Source: Candidatus Tayloriibacteriota bacterium (GTDB taxonomy: Bacteria; Patescibacteriota; Minisyncoccia; Phycocordibacterales; PALSA-1337). From it: a stretch of 64,000 nt of DNA. This document shows, piece by piece, positions 20,101 to 28,500 of this stretch (the first letter of the stretch is position 1; each line of letters opens with the position of its first letter). The DNA lies in NCBI GenBank assembly GCA_016215455.1, contig JACRJP010000003.1, positions 124 through 64,123 of the forward strand. Reading direction: 5' to 3'. Both the position numbers and the translations under genes were made by a program. The notes under the pieces are model-generated. The model was not told the DNA's origin. It saw only the letters and a list, made by a program, of their open reading frames with translations, and ran no database searches.

Positions 20101-20214
20101 ACTTCCGTCTGAATTAAATTGCCCAAGTACATCAGAAGCTTGAAAATCAGCACGGGATTCTATGGGTAAAACGGACACAAACAACAGAATTAAAAAGATA
20201 AACAATCTGTACAT
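17176..20214 (-). CDS. Large secreted NHL-repeat beta-propeller protein with He_PIG Ig-like domain and C-terminal peptidoglycan-binding domain
   Basis: 1012 aa. Signal peptide. About 10 or more NHL-like repeats (NHRLYIADGQNCRILIFSL, GQRLFVSDSGNYRVLIFDV, DRLFYADNSFGRISVFDL...). SGTLPEGLSLNTSTGSITGTPT (He_PIG). Ser/Thr/Pro linker. C-terminal ADVRILQQFLNSQGF...GPATRAALVRYQKANNITPAVGYFGPITRKMI = PG_binding_1. Confidence 0.7.
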   Translation of the reverse strand: MYRLFIFLILLFVSVLPIESRADFQASDVLGQFNSDGSPNFTNQYSYGKGPNAVGFSDPGGIVLDGTNHRLYIADGQNCRILIFSLNTSNELEDDTADYVLGGSNLVSNFCSEDVTAANFYQNGASTQLALDESGQRLFVSDSGNYRVLIFDVATITNGENAIHVLGAPNLTTAGEGTISASNTSYTGGMAYDPNNDRLFYADNSFGRISVFDLSVGITDGMDASFVIGQPDFDTEGGDFDSLNASSTLQAQGIVYDTDTDYLYVGSYAGDGGRVTVFDVNPGIISNNPDAIYVLGQANFAATSTTVNSSTLSSSVYSLALDLIGQRLYVGTVNRVLVFDIATLSDGEPAVNVLGQDDFVSNIDKKNDVLSIDSYNTDASTIGQPYLHYYGSKLFVTDSGSNRVLVFDVASITNGEDAVDVLGQKENGVDSFTKPAENDANLSLGFLDTAQLIIDEVDHRLFVLDGQARVLVFNLDTNNRLLNKVADYVLGSDSIYREGIGSTTPDHLSNAQHIAYSSKQKLLFVQEGGNQYGIRVFDLSSGITTGMNASYILGASSFNTYGGGESATRFYPYNVVVDDYNDYLYVFDHNQGRGVLVFDISDGVSTDMPASFVLGEGSLTGAGTGGYPTADTLSNTNGAVYDPDSHYLYIGDSNRVMVYDLSSGISTGMSASYVLGQSNFTTATIGTTQSKFELVEDLAFDNENKILYVSDSTGSNGNYRIMVFDVNSISNGENAVAVIGKPNFTQTGQSTLSASSFDGNRSISFASTTRTLFVSDSYGRILLFNMIDFASDTLSSGTVGTAYSGGFTATSSQGTVTYELVSGTLPEGLSLNTSTGSITGTPTSATSSTIRVKIIDTLSAAQTFYHTQEFTLTVSAAAPVSTPTVSPSRSGGGRAGERVNSTATKTIEVTSSIPQVVATAKIVSPSIKPTTFVRSLTLNSSGADVRILQQFLNSQGFVVSTTGYGSPGNETFYFGPATRAALVRYQKANNITPAVGYFGPITRKMILRSVTY

Positions 20215-20265
20215 TTATATCCTAAATATACCACGTGATCGTAACAAAAAACAAACTAATTAACT

Positions 20266-21366
20266 CTACTCCATCGGTACGAGTTCACCATTCTTAACAT
20301 GTGTAATCACCATTGGCTGAATTCGTATACCATTATCATCGAATGATATTGCACCAGAAACTCCATCAGGGTTGTTTGTTGCCTGAATATTCTGTAACCA
20401 TTGTTCCGTATTAGTACTATATGTCTGAAGTCCAACATTAATCATATCGAATGCAAAGTCTGCCAAGAAACCTGGCTCAGAATTATATTTCTCTTTAAAC
20501 AACTTAATAAACTCACTTGTCTTTCCTGACTTAAACCACATCGACTTTGCACCATTGATCTTATTTGCATCACCGAGGATTCGTTGATAGTCTGCAAAAC
20601 CTGTCTGAAGTTGTGCATCATATGCGAATATAGGGGCTTTCTTAGCAATGGTAAGAATTTCTTTGGTAAGGATTGCTCCGTTTTCAGGACTTTCAATAAC
20701 CATCACAGCATCATAATTTCCTCCAGCTATCTTGATAGCAATTCCACGAAGATCTGTTCTGTTATTAACAACAAACGGTGTAAAGTCATGACCATAGTTT
20801 TTCTTAAACACATTGAAGAAATCGATTTGTGCAGCACCATTGTCATATACCACAGCAACTTTCTTGGTAATAAAATCTGACTGCTGACCAAGATATGTAG
20901 CAAGATAACCTATAGGAGCATCTGCCGTAGGGCTAAACTGAAAAATATTATCACGAGCAACACCTACTGTTTGGACACCGAGTTGAATCACAGGGATACC
21001 AGTCTTTACCACATCTTCATGAATAGCATCGATAACTGGAGTAGAAAGCATGAAGATAATATCGACGTTATCAATACCGACAAGCTTCTTGTATGCACTC
21101 ACACCTTTCTTTACCTCATATCCATCATCTTCGGTAATTACCTTAAGAGTTACCGTAGGATGCTCTTTCTTATACTGATCAATAGCAAGATTCATACCTT
21201 TAAGCATGTTTTGACCAGCAGCTCCATAATCACCAGTCAATGGCAACATGAGACCGATAGTGATATTTTGGGCTGTATTGGGTCCTGATGTGCGTGTAAC
21301 TGCAAATACTCCAAGTACAATCACAAGCACAATTCCTAAAATGATTATAATTTTATTTGTTTTCAT
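20266..21366 (-). CDS. ABC transporter substrate-binding protein, branched-chain amino-acid (LivJ/Peripla_BP_6) type; no cognate permease genes nearby
   Basis: 366 aa. Signal anchor. IGLMLPLTGDYGAAGQNMLKGMNLAI... is typical of the type-I periplasmic binding fold. Confidence 0.7.
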   Translation of the reverse strand: MKTNKIIIILGIVLVIVLGVFAVTRTSGPNTAQNITIGLMLPLTGDYGAAGQNMLKGMNLAIDQYKKEHPTVTLKVITEDDGYEVKKGVSAYKKLVGIDNVDIIFMLSTPVIDAIHEDVVKTGIPVIQLGVQTVGVARDNIFQFSPTADAPIGYLATYLGQQSDFITKKVAVVYDNGAAQIDFFNVFKKNYGHDFTPFVVNNRTDLRGIAIKIAGGNYDAVMVIESPENGAILTKEILTIAKKAPIFAYDAQLQTGFADYQRILGDANKINGAKSMWFKSGKTSEFIKLFKEKYNSEPGFLADFAFDMINVGLQTYSTNTEQWLQNIQATNNPDGVSGAISFDDNGIRIQPMVITHVKNGELVPME

Positions 21367-21522
21367 ATGTTTGTATATTCACGTATGCGTACAGTATAAC
21401 AATCACGTAGTTGACAGACAATTATTTTAATTAGATAGTTTATTTCACCATTCTAGCCTTATTTAGGGCTATATTTGTGATACTACTTTGACTAATTTTT
21501 CGACATAATCTATACTATATCC

Positions 21523-22344
21523 ATGGAATTTACGACAAAGAATGCCCTACTGTGGGGTTTAGACAAGTACGATATCACCATACTCAAACACCTTTCATCT
21601 CATGAAGGAACTATTGTACATATTGCCCAAGCTACAGGTATACCTCGTACTTCCCTCTACTACATGCTTCCCAAGCTCGAACAGCGAGGTTTTGTGACTT
21701 CATGGAAGAAAGAAAAGAAAACGTTCTGGAAATTAGCGAATATAGACGATATTCAGAAAAAATATCATGACAGTATGAATATTGCTATGGTACCAACAGA
21801 AACAATCATGCCGGTATCTGATACCACTTCCCTTGAGATATATAGGGGTAAGAAAAATGTTCTCCATGCATGGAAACAAATCGCTAACCTACCTCCTAAA
21901 AGTCGTGTTCTTGGTATTCAACCAGAACAATCACTCCTCATGGCTGTTACCAAGAACAACATACAAGATGTTGTTACGTTCAATGAAACAGTCAAAAGAA
22001 AGCAGATCATCGTTGAAGGAATCATTCATAAGCGAGGGACTGATTCAATGTATAAAGTTCTCTCGAAGAAAGACGGACTACTTCTTCTCAAGAGTTTTGC
22101 TGGACGAACAGCAGATACTTCAGAACTCCCTGACCAACTTCTAACTAACACCACCGCTGAGATGTATTTGTATGGTGACAAAATTGCGATTGTAAATTGG
22201 AAAGAAGAACTATGTGTCATCATTAGAAATAAAGACGTCAATGAACTTATGAAGACAATGTTTGCTTCAACCAAATACCTCCTCAAGAAATACGATCAAA
22301 ATGAAAAGATTGCTCAGAGGTTGGTAGATTTTGGGATGAGATAG
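21523..22344 (+). CDS. TrmB-like winged-HTH transcriptional regulator family protein
   Basis: N-terminal ITILKHLSSHEGTIVHIAQATGIPRTSLYYMLPKLEQRGFVT matches the TrmB N-terminal wHTH pattern. Confidence 0.45.
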   Translation: MEFTTKNALLWGLDKYDITILKHLSSHEGTIVHIAQATGIPRTSLYYMLPKLEQRGFVTSWKKEKKTFWKLANIDDIQKKYHDSMNIAMVPTETIMPVSDTTSLEIYRGKKNVLHAWKQIANLPPKSRVLGIQPEQSLLMAVTKNNIQDVVTFNETVKRKQIIVEGIIHKRGTDSMYKVLSKKDGLLLLKSFAGRTADTSELPDQLLTNTTAEMYLYGDKIAIVNWKEELCVIIRNKDVNELMKTMFASTKYLLKKYDQNEKIAQRLVDFGMR

Positions 22345-22362
22345 TATGTCAAAATATTTTAG

Positions 22363-23265
22363 TTAAATCCCAAGTAACACCTCGTATTTCGCAACCAATT
22401 TTTCAGCAGCACTTCGGTTATCTCCTCCCTTCTGGTAATCCTCGACGATTTCAGCGAAACCTGAGAGCAGAGCATTACTGACGAGTCGTTGGTACGAGAG
22501 TTTATGTCCTGACTCTTTTTCATACTCAGAGACAATATACTGAAAATAATCTGGATAATCTCGAATGTAACGAGAAAATTCTTTAGCTATTTCTCCATAT
22601 TCAGCATTACCAAAATCAATAATCCCTGAAATCTTTGTATCTTTAACAATTACATTTTCATGATGGGCGTCATTGTGAATAAACTGAAATACACCACCAC
22701 TCAAAGTCTCATCAAATATAGCCTTGGCTTTTTGTACAAGAATCCTAAACTTTTCAGGCACAGTAGCGTCAACCACCAATCGATTATATTCCTCTTGCAC
22801 TTCTGGATGTAGCCCCATCGACATGTCGATCTTTATTCCAATATCTCGTGCCATCTCTTTGGTAAACTTTTTACCTATTTCTGCGTGAAATATCCCAAGT
22901 GTCCGACAAAGTGCGGTCTTTTCATCTTCTGAAAATGACCCCCAAACAGTCCTCATCATGTCCCCTTCAACATACTCATATCCATACACAACAGGATTTT
23001 CTGAGATAAAGACAACGCGCGGGGTTGGAGTCGCTAGGCCAAGATTGCATAAGTGCTGTGCAACGGTAGCCTCTACCCCCAAACTATTTTGGGGTTCAAA
23101 TTCCTTAATCTCCCTTTCTTGTTTAACAACATATTTCTTACCATCACCTGTTTCAACATAATATGCATAATTTACGGCACCTTTTCCCTTGAGCACAAAG
23201 CGAGTGATTTCCTTACCCAAGAGTGTTTGAATGTGGGTTTTTAAGATCTCGAGATTAGTATTCAT
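22363..23265 (-). CDS. Phosphotransferase enzyme family kinase (APH/ChoK-like)
   Basis: Catalytic loop FIHNDAHHENVIV (HxDxxxxN) and IIDFGNAEYG (DFG). N-terminal kinase lobe with conserved Lys (YVVKQ). Confidence 0.75.
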   Translation of the reverse strand: MNTNLEILKTHIQTLLGKEITRFVLKGKGAVNYAYYVETGDGKKYVVKQEREIKEFEPQNSLGVEATVAQHLCNLGLATPTPRVVFISENPVVYGYEYVEGDMMRTVWGSFSEDEKTALCRTLGIFHAEIGKKFTKEMARDIGIKIDMSMGLHPEVQEEYNRLVVDATVPEKFRILVQKAKAIFDETLSGGVFQFIHNDAHHENVIVKDTKISGIIDFGNAEYGEIAKEFSRYIRDYPDYFQYIVSEYEKESGHKLSYQRLVSNALLSGFAEIVEDYQKGGDNRSAAEKLVAKYEVLLGI

Positions 23266-23277
23266 AGATATCAGATC

Positions 23278-23646
23278 TTAAAGAAGTTGAGAACCCGACA
23301 CTAAATGAAAATGTAGATGTTTAGAATCCTGAAATTCTCCTCCGTTTGTGATTATTTTATAGTTAGAACTATTTAGATTGTACTTATTGATCAGATCTTT
23401 TGCAATAGAAAATATTTCTTCAATTACAGACAAGCTATTCATATCAGAAATAGAAACCACATGTTGCTTTGGTACAATCACAATATGTAATGTCCAACTC
23501 GGTCGAGTATGCCGAAATGCTAATACTGTGGCGGTTTCAGCTTCTTTGATTACCGAGATCTTGTTATTTAAAACAAAATCACAGTAGAAATCTTTTGTGT
23601 CCATAGATATATTATACTCGATTATTGATCTTCTGACTGTATTCAA
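23278..23646 (-). CDS. HIT family (histidine triad) nucleotide hydrolase
   Basis: C-terminal GGEFQDSKHLHFHLVSG contains the HxHxHxx triad. Confidence 0.8.
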   Translation of the reverse strand: MNTVRRSIIEYNISMDTKDFYCDFVLNNKISVIKEAETATVLAFRHTRPSWTLHIVIVPKQHVVSISDMNSLSVIEEIFSIAKDLINKYNLNSSNYKIITNGGEFQDSKHLHFHLVSGSQLL

Positions 23647-23687
23647 AACCTGTTGAATACTCCTTTAATTTGCTACTATGACATCAT

Positions 23688-24167
23688 ATGAAATCAACTA
23701 TTCGCTTTAGTGCTAAGTTTTTAGACAACCGTATACTTCTACCTAAGAATATAAGTGCAGTACTTCCATCACAAAGTACAATAAACATTGAGGGGATCAT
23801 TAATAGTTATGCTTTTCGAGCTCATATCGAAACGAATAGTAAAAGGGATCATTGTATTAAAATCACCACAACCATACAAAAGACCACGGGAATAGACGAG
23901 GAAAAACCCGTACTCGTAGAAATCACACGTATCGCAGATGAATCAGAAACTCGAGTTCCAGCAGATCTACGAAAAGCCCTTGCCACCGTTCCACGAGCAC
24001 AGGCACTATGGAATGACATCACCCCGCTCGCCCGTCGAGATTGGATTTTCTGGATGATCTCAGGTAAAAAAGAAGAAACTCGCACAATCCGTATCAAAAA
24101 AATGATTGACATGCTCTCATCAGGAAAGCGTCGAGTATGCTGCTTTGCAGGGATACAGTGGTTGTAA
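23688..24167 (+). CDS. DUF1905 / YdeI-OmpD-associated family protein
   Basis: C-terminal PADLRKALATVPRAQALWNDITPLARRDWIFWMISGKKEETRTIRIKKMIDMLSSGKR matches the YdeI/DUF1801-associated pattern. Confidence 0.5.
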   Translation: MKSTIRFSAKFLDNRILLPKNISAVLPSQSTINIEGIINSYAFRAHIETNSKRDHCIKITTTIQKTTGIDEEKPVLVEITRIADESETRVPADLRKALATVPRAQALWNDITPLARRDWIFWMISGKKEETRTIRIKKMIDMLSSGKRRVCCFAGIQWL

Positions 24168-24174
24168 AAAGTAT

Positions 24175-24693
24175 CTAGAAAAGAGTAATAACTCTTTGAA
24201 GTGTTTCGTCTACATCCCCATCCGCATTTACCACTACGGCACCCTCTTTCATCAAAGCCGTTTCAAATGGATTTTTTAACTCAAGTATCCAATCCTGCAT
24301 TTTTGGGTCTCGAGCAAAATCGTGGGTTGTCCTCGTAGAGAGACGATGTTTTATTATTTCAGGACTTGCTTGAAGTAGGATAACCTCATCAAACAAAGGA
24401 ACAATATCATGTATATTTGTTGCCGTACCACAGTAGAAAGCAATTTCATTTGTTTCGTGTGCAATCAATTCTGATAATTTTTCCTTATTACATGAAAAAA
24501 TAAGATATTTGATCTGATCAAGATTGTTCGTATCCCATTCCGTAAGTATTTCACCCGTTCTCGAATCTATTGTAGTAAACATGCCAGGAATATCTTCGAT
24601 ATCATGTACTACATAGCCAGAAGCCCGCAACTTCTTTCCCAAAGTTGATTTACCTGACCCGGACATTCCTGTAATAAGAATTGATTTTTTCAT
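24175..24693 (-). CDS. P-loop NTPase / small nucleotide-kinase-like protein
   Basis: Walker A ITGMSGSGKSTLGKKL at the N-terminus. 172 aa, the size of NMP/nucleoside kinase folds. Confidence 0.55.
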   Translation of the reverse strand: MKKSILITGMSGSGKSTLGKKLRASGYVVHDIEDIPGMFTTIDSRTGEILTEWDTNNLDQIKYLIFSCNKEKLSELIAHETNEIAFYCGTATNIHDIVPLFDEVILLQASPEIIKHRLSTRTTHDFARDPKMQDWILELKNPFETALMKEGAVVVNADGDVDETLQRVITLF

Positions 24694-24705
24694 TTTTAGA
24701 GGTGT

Positions 24706-25266
24706 CTAAAGATTAAAGACTGTCCAATTATCAGGATTCTCTGATTCAGAAAGGGTTTTCTCTTTTACAATCGCCAGAACCAGGTCTGTAATATTCCCTT
24801 CCAAACCATTCATCTCTGGAATATATTTTAGAGTATCTTCTTTGGTATTTGAATCAATCCCATTAGCAACAGTTAGGTGTGGTCTAAAGTTTAACTCATA
24901 CTCTCTTGTTGTTTCGCTACAATACGTATCAAATTCTCTCAATACATCCACCAAAGCTTTCTGTAATTTGAATACTGATTGATTTTCCCTAATAAACGAC
25001 ATAAGAATATACTCTGTATCATCTTCATCCCATTCTAATTTTGTTACATCAAAAAAGATCTTCTTATCCTCTACCTTAAATATATTTTCACCTAAAACTT
25101 TAGTAATTCGATCTTTTACATCCTGAATTTTACTTTCGTCTATATATCGAGGTTGTATCAGCGTTATATGTAAGATAGATGTTGACGAATGCTTACTTCG
25201 AAAATCATCAAACCATTCTGGTTTAGTAGTTAAATTTAATCTCAGATAAATTGCAAAAATCTTCAT
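24706..25266 (-). CDS. 2H phosphoesterase superfamily protein (LigT-like 2',3'-cyclic phosphodiesterase / 2'-5' RNA ligase family)
   Basis: Two H-x-T-x motifs: HITLIQ and HLTVAN about 85 residues apart. Confidence 0.65.
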   Translation of the reverse strand: MKIFAIYLRLNLTTKPEWFDDFRSKHSSTSILHITLIQPRYIDESKIQDVKDRITKVLGENIFKVEDKKIFFDVTKLEWDEDDTEYILMSFIRENQSVFKLQKALVDVLREFDTYCSETTREYELNFRPHLTVANGIDSNTKEDTLKYIPEMNGLEGNITDLVLAIVKEKTLSESENPDNWTVFNL

Positions 25267-25284
25267 ATAGCGATTATATCAGTT

Positions 25285-25788
25285 TCATTCTACACCAGCA
25301 TCCGTCTCTGCCTTTACTTCTAAGGCCCGAGCAATTATATGCTCCCCTATCTCACCCCAATCGAAATATTTCTTATAATCTTTCGGATCAATCAATTCTA
25401 TTTTTGTAATATCTCCATCAGGATCAGTGATAAATGGTCCGTACGGTTCAACAATACACACCGATCGAGTCTGTGACTTAATTCCCTGCGGTTCACTAAT
25501 ATCTTGATACCCGATCAGTCGTTGTTGAAGAACCTTCATATTTGTTTCCTCTTTTACTTCTCTTGAAACAGCTTCACAAATAGTTTCACCTTCTTCAACA
25601 CCACCTCCTGGTGGAGTCCAGTACCCTTTATTTTCTGCATATACAACTACGAGTTTGTCTTTATAAAAGCAATACGCATGAACTCCTTGTATCTTCTTAT
25701 CACCAAGATCACGTTCATCATTGATATCGTTATATATCACACCCACGGTCTGCCCTAATTGATTTATGAAGTGTGATTGTATTTGCAT
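25285..25788 (-). CDS. NUDIX hydrolase
   Basis: Nudix box PGGGVEEGETICEAVSREVKEETNM. Confidence 0.85.
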   Translation of the reverse strand: MQIQSHFINQLGQTVGVIYNDINDERDLGDKKIQGVHAYCFYKDKLVVVYAENKGYWTPPGGGVEEGETICEAVSREVKEETNMKVLQQRLIGYQDISEPQGIKSQTRSVCIVEPYGPFITDPDGDITKIELIDPKDYKKYFDWGEIGEHIIARALEVKAETDAGVE

Positions 25789-25813
25789 TGAATGGATGTT
25801 AGAAAACCAGAAC

Positions 25814-26518
25814 TTATTTCGAACAAACTTTAATAAAATTATCTAGAAAATCCTTCCATACCGAAATTGAAGTAAGTTCCTCAGGATGCCATTGTACTCC
25901 GATCGCATAGGGATACCCAGTCATCTCAACAGCTTCAATAAGTCCATCGGGAGAATGTCCTGTAGCCACAAGATCTTTTCCTAATGTCTTAATCCCTTGA
26001 TGATGTAAACTATTAACTTCGATAGTATCTTTTCCAACCAAACTATGGATTTTTGAATTTCCTTCCAAAGATACATTATGAACGAGTAATGATCGAGGTA
26101 GTAGTTGAAGATTTTCTTCATGCCAATCATGTCGTGCACCACCATTCATCTCTTGTTCAATATCCTGATATAGGGTTCCTCCTAATTTAACGTTTAAAAT
26201 TTGTAGACCTCTGCAAATACCAAGAATTGGTAATTTTCTCTCCATTGCCTTATCAATCAAATACATCTCGAGTATATCTCGTTCATCATGAGGAGGTTGA
26301 GTATGGCTTTTTCTTTCCTCACCATAGAGCATTGGATTGACATCATTACCGCCTGGTAACAACACACCATCAGCCTGATCTATATATGTATCAACATCTT
26401 GATTAGACTCAAGCATCTGAAGGATTCCCCCAGCATGTTCAATTGCCTCCTGATATTTTGTATTCACCTCACCAGTTTTCTTGAGAGTTTTATATGAAAG
26501 GATAAGCGGTTTTTTCAT
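25814..26518 (-). CDS. Class-I glutamine amidotransferase-like gamma-glutamyl hydrolase (peptidase C26, PuuD-like)
   Basis: PILGICRGLQILNV (catalytic Cys) and IGVQWHPE (His) motifs. Confidence 0.8.
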   Translation of the reverse strand: MKKPLILSYKTLKKTGEVNTKYQEAIEHAGGILQMLESNQDVDTYIDQADGVLLPGGNDVNPMLYGEERKSHTQPPHDERDILEMYLIDKAMERKLPILGICRGLQILNVKLGGTLYQDIEQEMNGGARHDWHEENLQLLPRSLLVHNVSLEGNSKIHSLVGKDTIEVNSLHHQGIKTLGKDLVATGHSPDGLIEAVEMTGYPYAIGVQWHPEELTSISVWKDFLDNFIKVCSK

Positions 26519-26546
26519 GTTCTTATACTATCATATGCTGGCTTCT

Positions 26547-27086
26547 TTATTTTTGTATAAGCTTAAGAGTTGGAAGTACAGTACTTTCTTCAATATTTCC
26601 AGGAACAATTAAACTAAATACTTTCTTTTCTTTCTTATACACTATCGTGTAAATATATCCCCATGGAGCATGCTCGAGATTTTCCATATTATGTTTAATA
26701 ACAATCGCTCCTGGAATTAAGTCTGTATATACTTTCTCTTTTGTTGTCGCTAATTCTTTTTCGTAATCATAATATGCATTGGCATATGTTGTATAAATTC
26801 CAAATGAAGACCCTCCCTCTACGTTGTCACAATTGTACATACGAGGATCATTATCATCTGTGGGTGCAACATACCAACCCTTAGGAATCTCTATAGAATA
26901 ACCAAGTTTGGTGTTTATATATGTGTATGCTGTTTCAGTCTTTGTATAGTCTTCAAAATAAGGACATTTTGGTTTAGAACTTACAAATGTTCTTTCTGTT
27001 TCATGATCTGAAAAGATATACGGTCCTGAGGAGATCGCAATGAGAACGATGATAAGAAAAGTGAGTGTTGTGATTTCTTTCTTCAT
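26547..27086 (-). CDS. Hypothetical secreted/membrane-anchored protein
   Basis: N-terminal TM/signal (TLTFLIIVLIAISSG). Tyr-rich. No recognisable domain. Confidence 0.4.
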   Translation of the reverse strand: MKKEITTLTFLIIVLIAISSGPYIFSDHETERTFVSSKPKCPYFEDYTKTETAYTYINTKLGYSIEIPKGWYVAPTDDNDPRMYNCDNVEGGSSFGIYTTYANAYYDYEKELATTKEKVYTDLIPGAIVIKHNMENLEHAPWGYIYTIVYKKEKKVFSLIVPGNIEESTVLPTLKLIQK

Positions 27087-27101
27087 AGTGTCTTTAATCT
27101 T

Positions 27102-27722
27102 CTACAAAATAACATTTTCTAATTCCCCTGGAGTATGCGCAACATAATCGGGATTTCTTGATCTTAATTTTTGCTCACTAGTAAACCCCCACGTAACTGC
27201 AACGCTTTTGATTCCTACCTGCTTAGCCACATCTATTTCATGGTTACTGTCTCCAACAAAAAATGTATCTTCCAGATGCAAATTATTTTCTTTAATTATT
27301 GTTTGAACTGGTTCCAATTTATCATTTGCATCGGTGACAATTTTACTAAAGACATTTTCTAATCCATACCCTTTCACCTCAGGAAGCAGTGTTTCCGGGA
27401 AATCAGAACTTACCACAGTAAGAAAATAACCTTTGTCCTTACATTTATGTATAAGTTGTACTACTTCAGGAAATTGAGTTGCAGCTGGACAATCTTTGTC
27501 TAATTGTAATTCCTGAAATAACTTTGAACGTTCAGCCTCGTCATAACCTTCAGGTAGATACTTTTGGTAGAAAAGAGCAGGTGGTTGTCTCCAATTTTCT
27601 CTAAATTCTTCCGTAGTTATCTCCTTTACTCCATATTTCTTAAATATGTGATTAACAATCCACATCTGGTTCGTTACTGTATCTCTCACTACACCTGACC
27701 AATCAAAAATTATATTTTTCAT
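27102..27722 (-). CDS. HAD-superfamily hydrolase (phosphatase)
   Basis: Motif I IIFDWSGVV, motif III/IV ...VGDSNHEIDVAKQVGI. Confidence 0.75.
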   Translation of the reverse strand: MKNIIFDWSGVVRDTVTNQMWIVNHIFKKYGVKEITTEEFRENWRQPPALFYQKYLPEGYDEAERSKLFQELQLDKDCPAATQFPEVVQLIHKCKDKGYFLTVVSSDFPETLLPEVKGYGLENVFSKIVTDANDKLEPVQTIIKENNLHLEDTFFVGDSNHEIDVAKQVGIKSVAVTWGFTSEQKLRSRNPDYVAHTPGELENVIL

Positions 27723-27726
27723 GTTG

Positions 27727-27797
27727 CTGCCAGACTTGGAATCGAACCAAGATTAGAAGCTTCAAAGGCTCCTGTCCTACCATTAGACGATCTGGCA
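27727..27797 (-). tRNA. tRNA-Gln (anticodon UUG)
   Basis: Hand-folded cloverleaf on minus strand: acceptor TGCCAGA/TCTGGCA, anticodon stem GGAGC/GCTTC, loop CTTTGAA, T-loop TTCGATT. Confidence 0.8.
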
Positions 27798-27848
27798 ATA
27801 AGGGCACACTTACTTCCGAAGGAAGGCTCTTCGGGCATCACTACAATA

Positions 27849-28496
27849 CTATATTACTCGCTCATCGCCAAGGTGAGCGAAGTCATTCCAAGTCATAACG
27901 ATCCATTTACCATTTTGGACAGTACAGTACGTGAGTCCGGTATGACTCGTCTTAAATGAATTCTGTAGAGCCAAAAGAGTTTTATAATCATAGTTTTCAT
28001 GACCAAACACCATCTCAGCGAGCATAGTTCGGAGAAAATATCCGTGTGTTGCAACAATGATTTTCTCTTCTTCACGAGCTTCAATCGTTTCAAGCGCAGT
28101 TTTAGCACGTGTCGTAATATCATGGAAATTCTCTTCCCCTCCAAGATGCCAATCTTTATCCTTCCATTTTTCCTTAATGAGCTCCTCGTACTCAATCACC
28201 TTAGGATCTGTTTTTGAAACTCCTCGAAGTGATGTTGGTCGAAGAATTTCTTTGAGACATTCATACTCCACAAGACCCAGTTTCTTGATCGTCGCAATCT
28301 TCTCTGCTGTTTGATACGCACGCTTCATGGTACTTGAAAGTACAATATCTGCTTCAAGATCAAGACAACGTTGAGCAATAAAATCTGCTTGCTGTTCCCC
28401 TTTTTTTGATAAAGGAGACTCAGGAAACTGAAACATCTGTTCAGCTCCTAAATCTGTCACTCCATGTCGCACAAAAAATATATGTTTTTTTGACAT
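27849..28496 (-). CDS. Histidine phosphatase family protein (phosphoglycerate-mutase-like)
   Basis: Start at MSKKHIFFVRHGVTD (RHG catalytic motif). Later HGYFLRTM. Confidence 0.75.
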   Translation of the reverse strand: MSKKHIFFVRHGVTDLGAEQMFQFPESPLSKKGEQQADFIAQRCLDLEADIVLSSTMKRAYQTAEKIATIKKLGLVEYECLKEILRPTSLRGVSKTDPKVIEYEELIKEKWKDKDWHLGGEENFHDITTRAKTALETIEAREEEKIIVATHGYFLRTMLAEMVFGHENYDYKTLLALQNSFKTSHTGLTYCTVQNGKWIVMTWNDFAHLGDERVI

Positions 28497-28500
28497 GATG

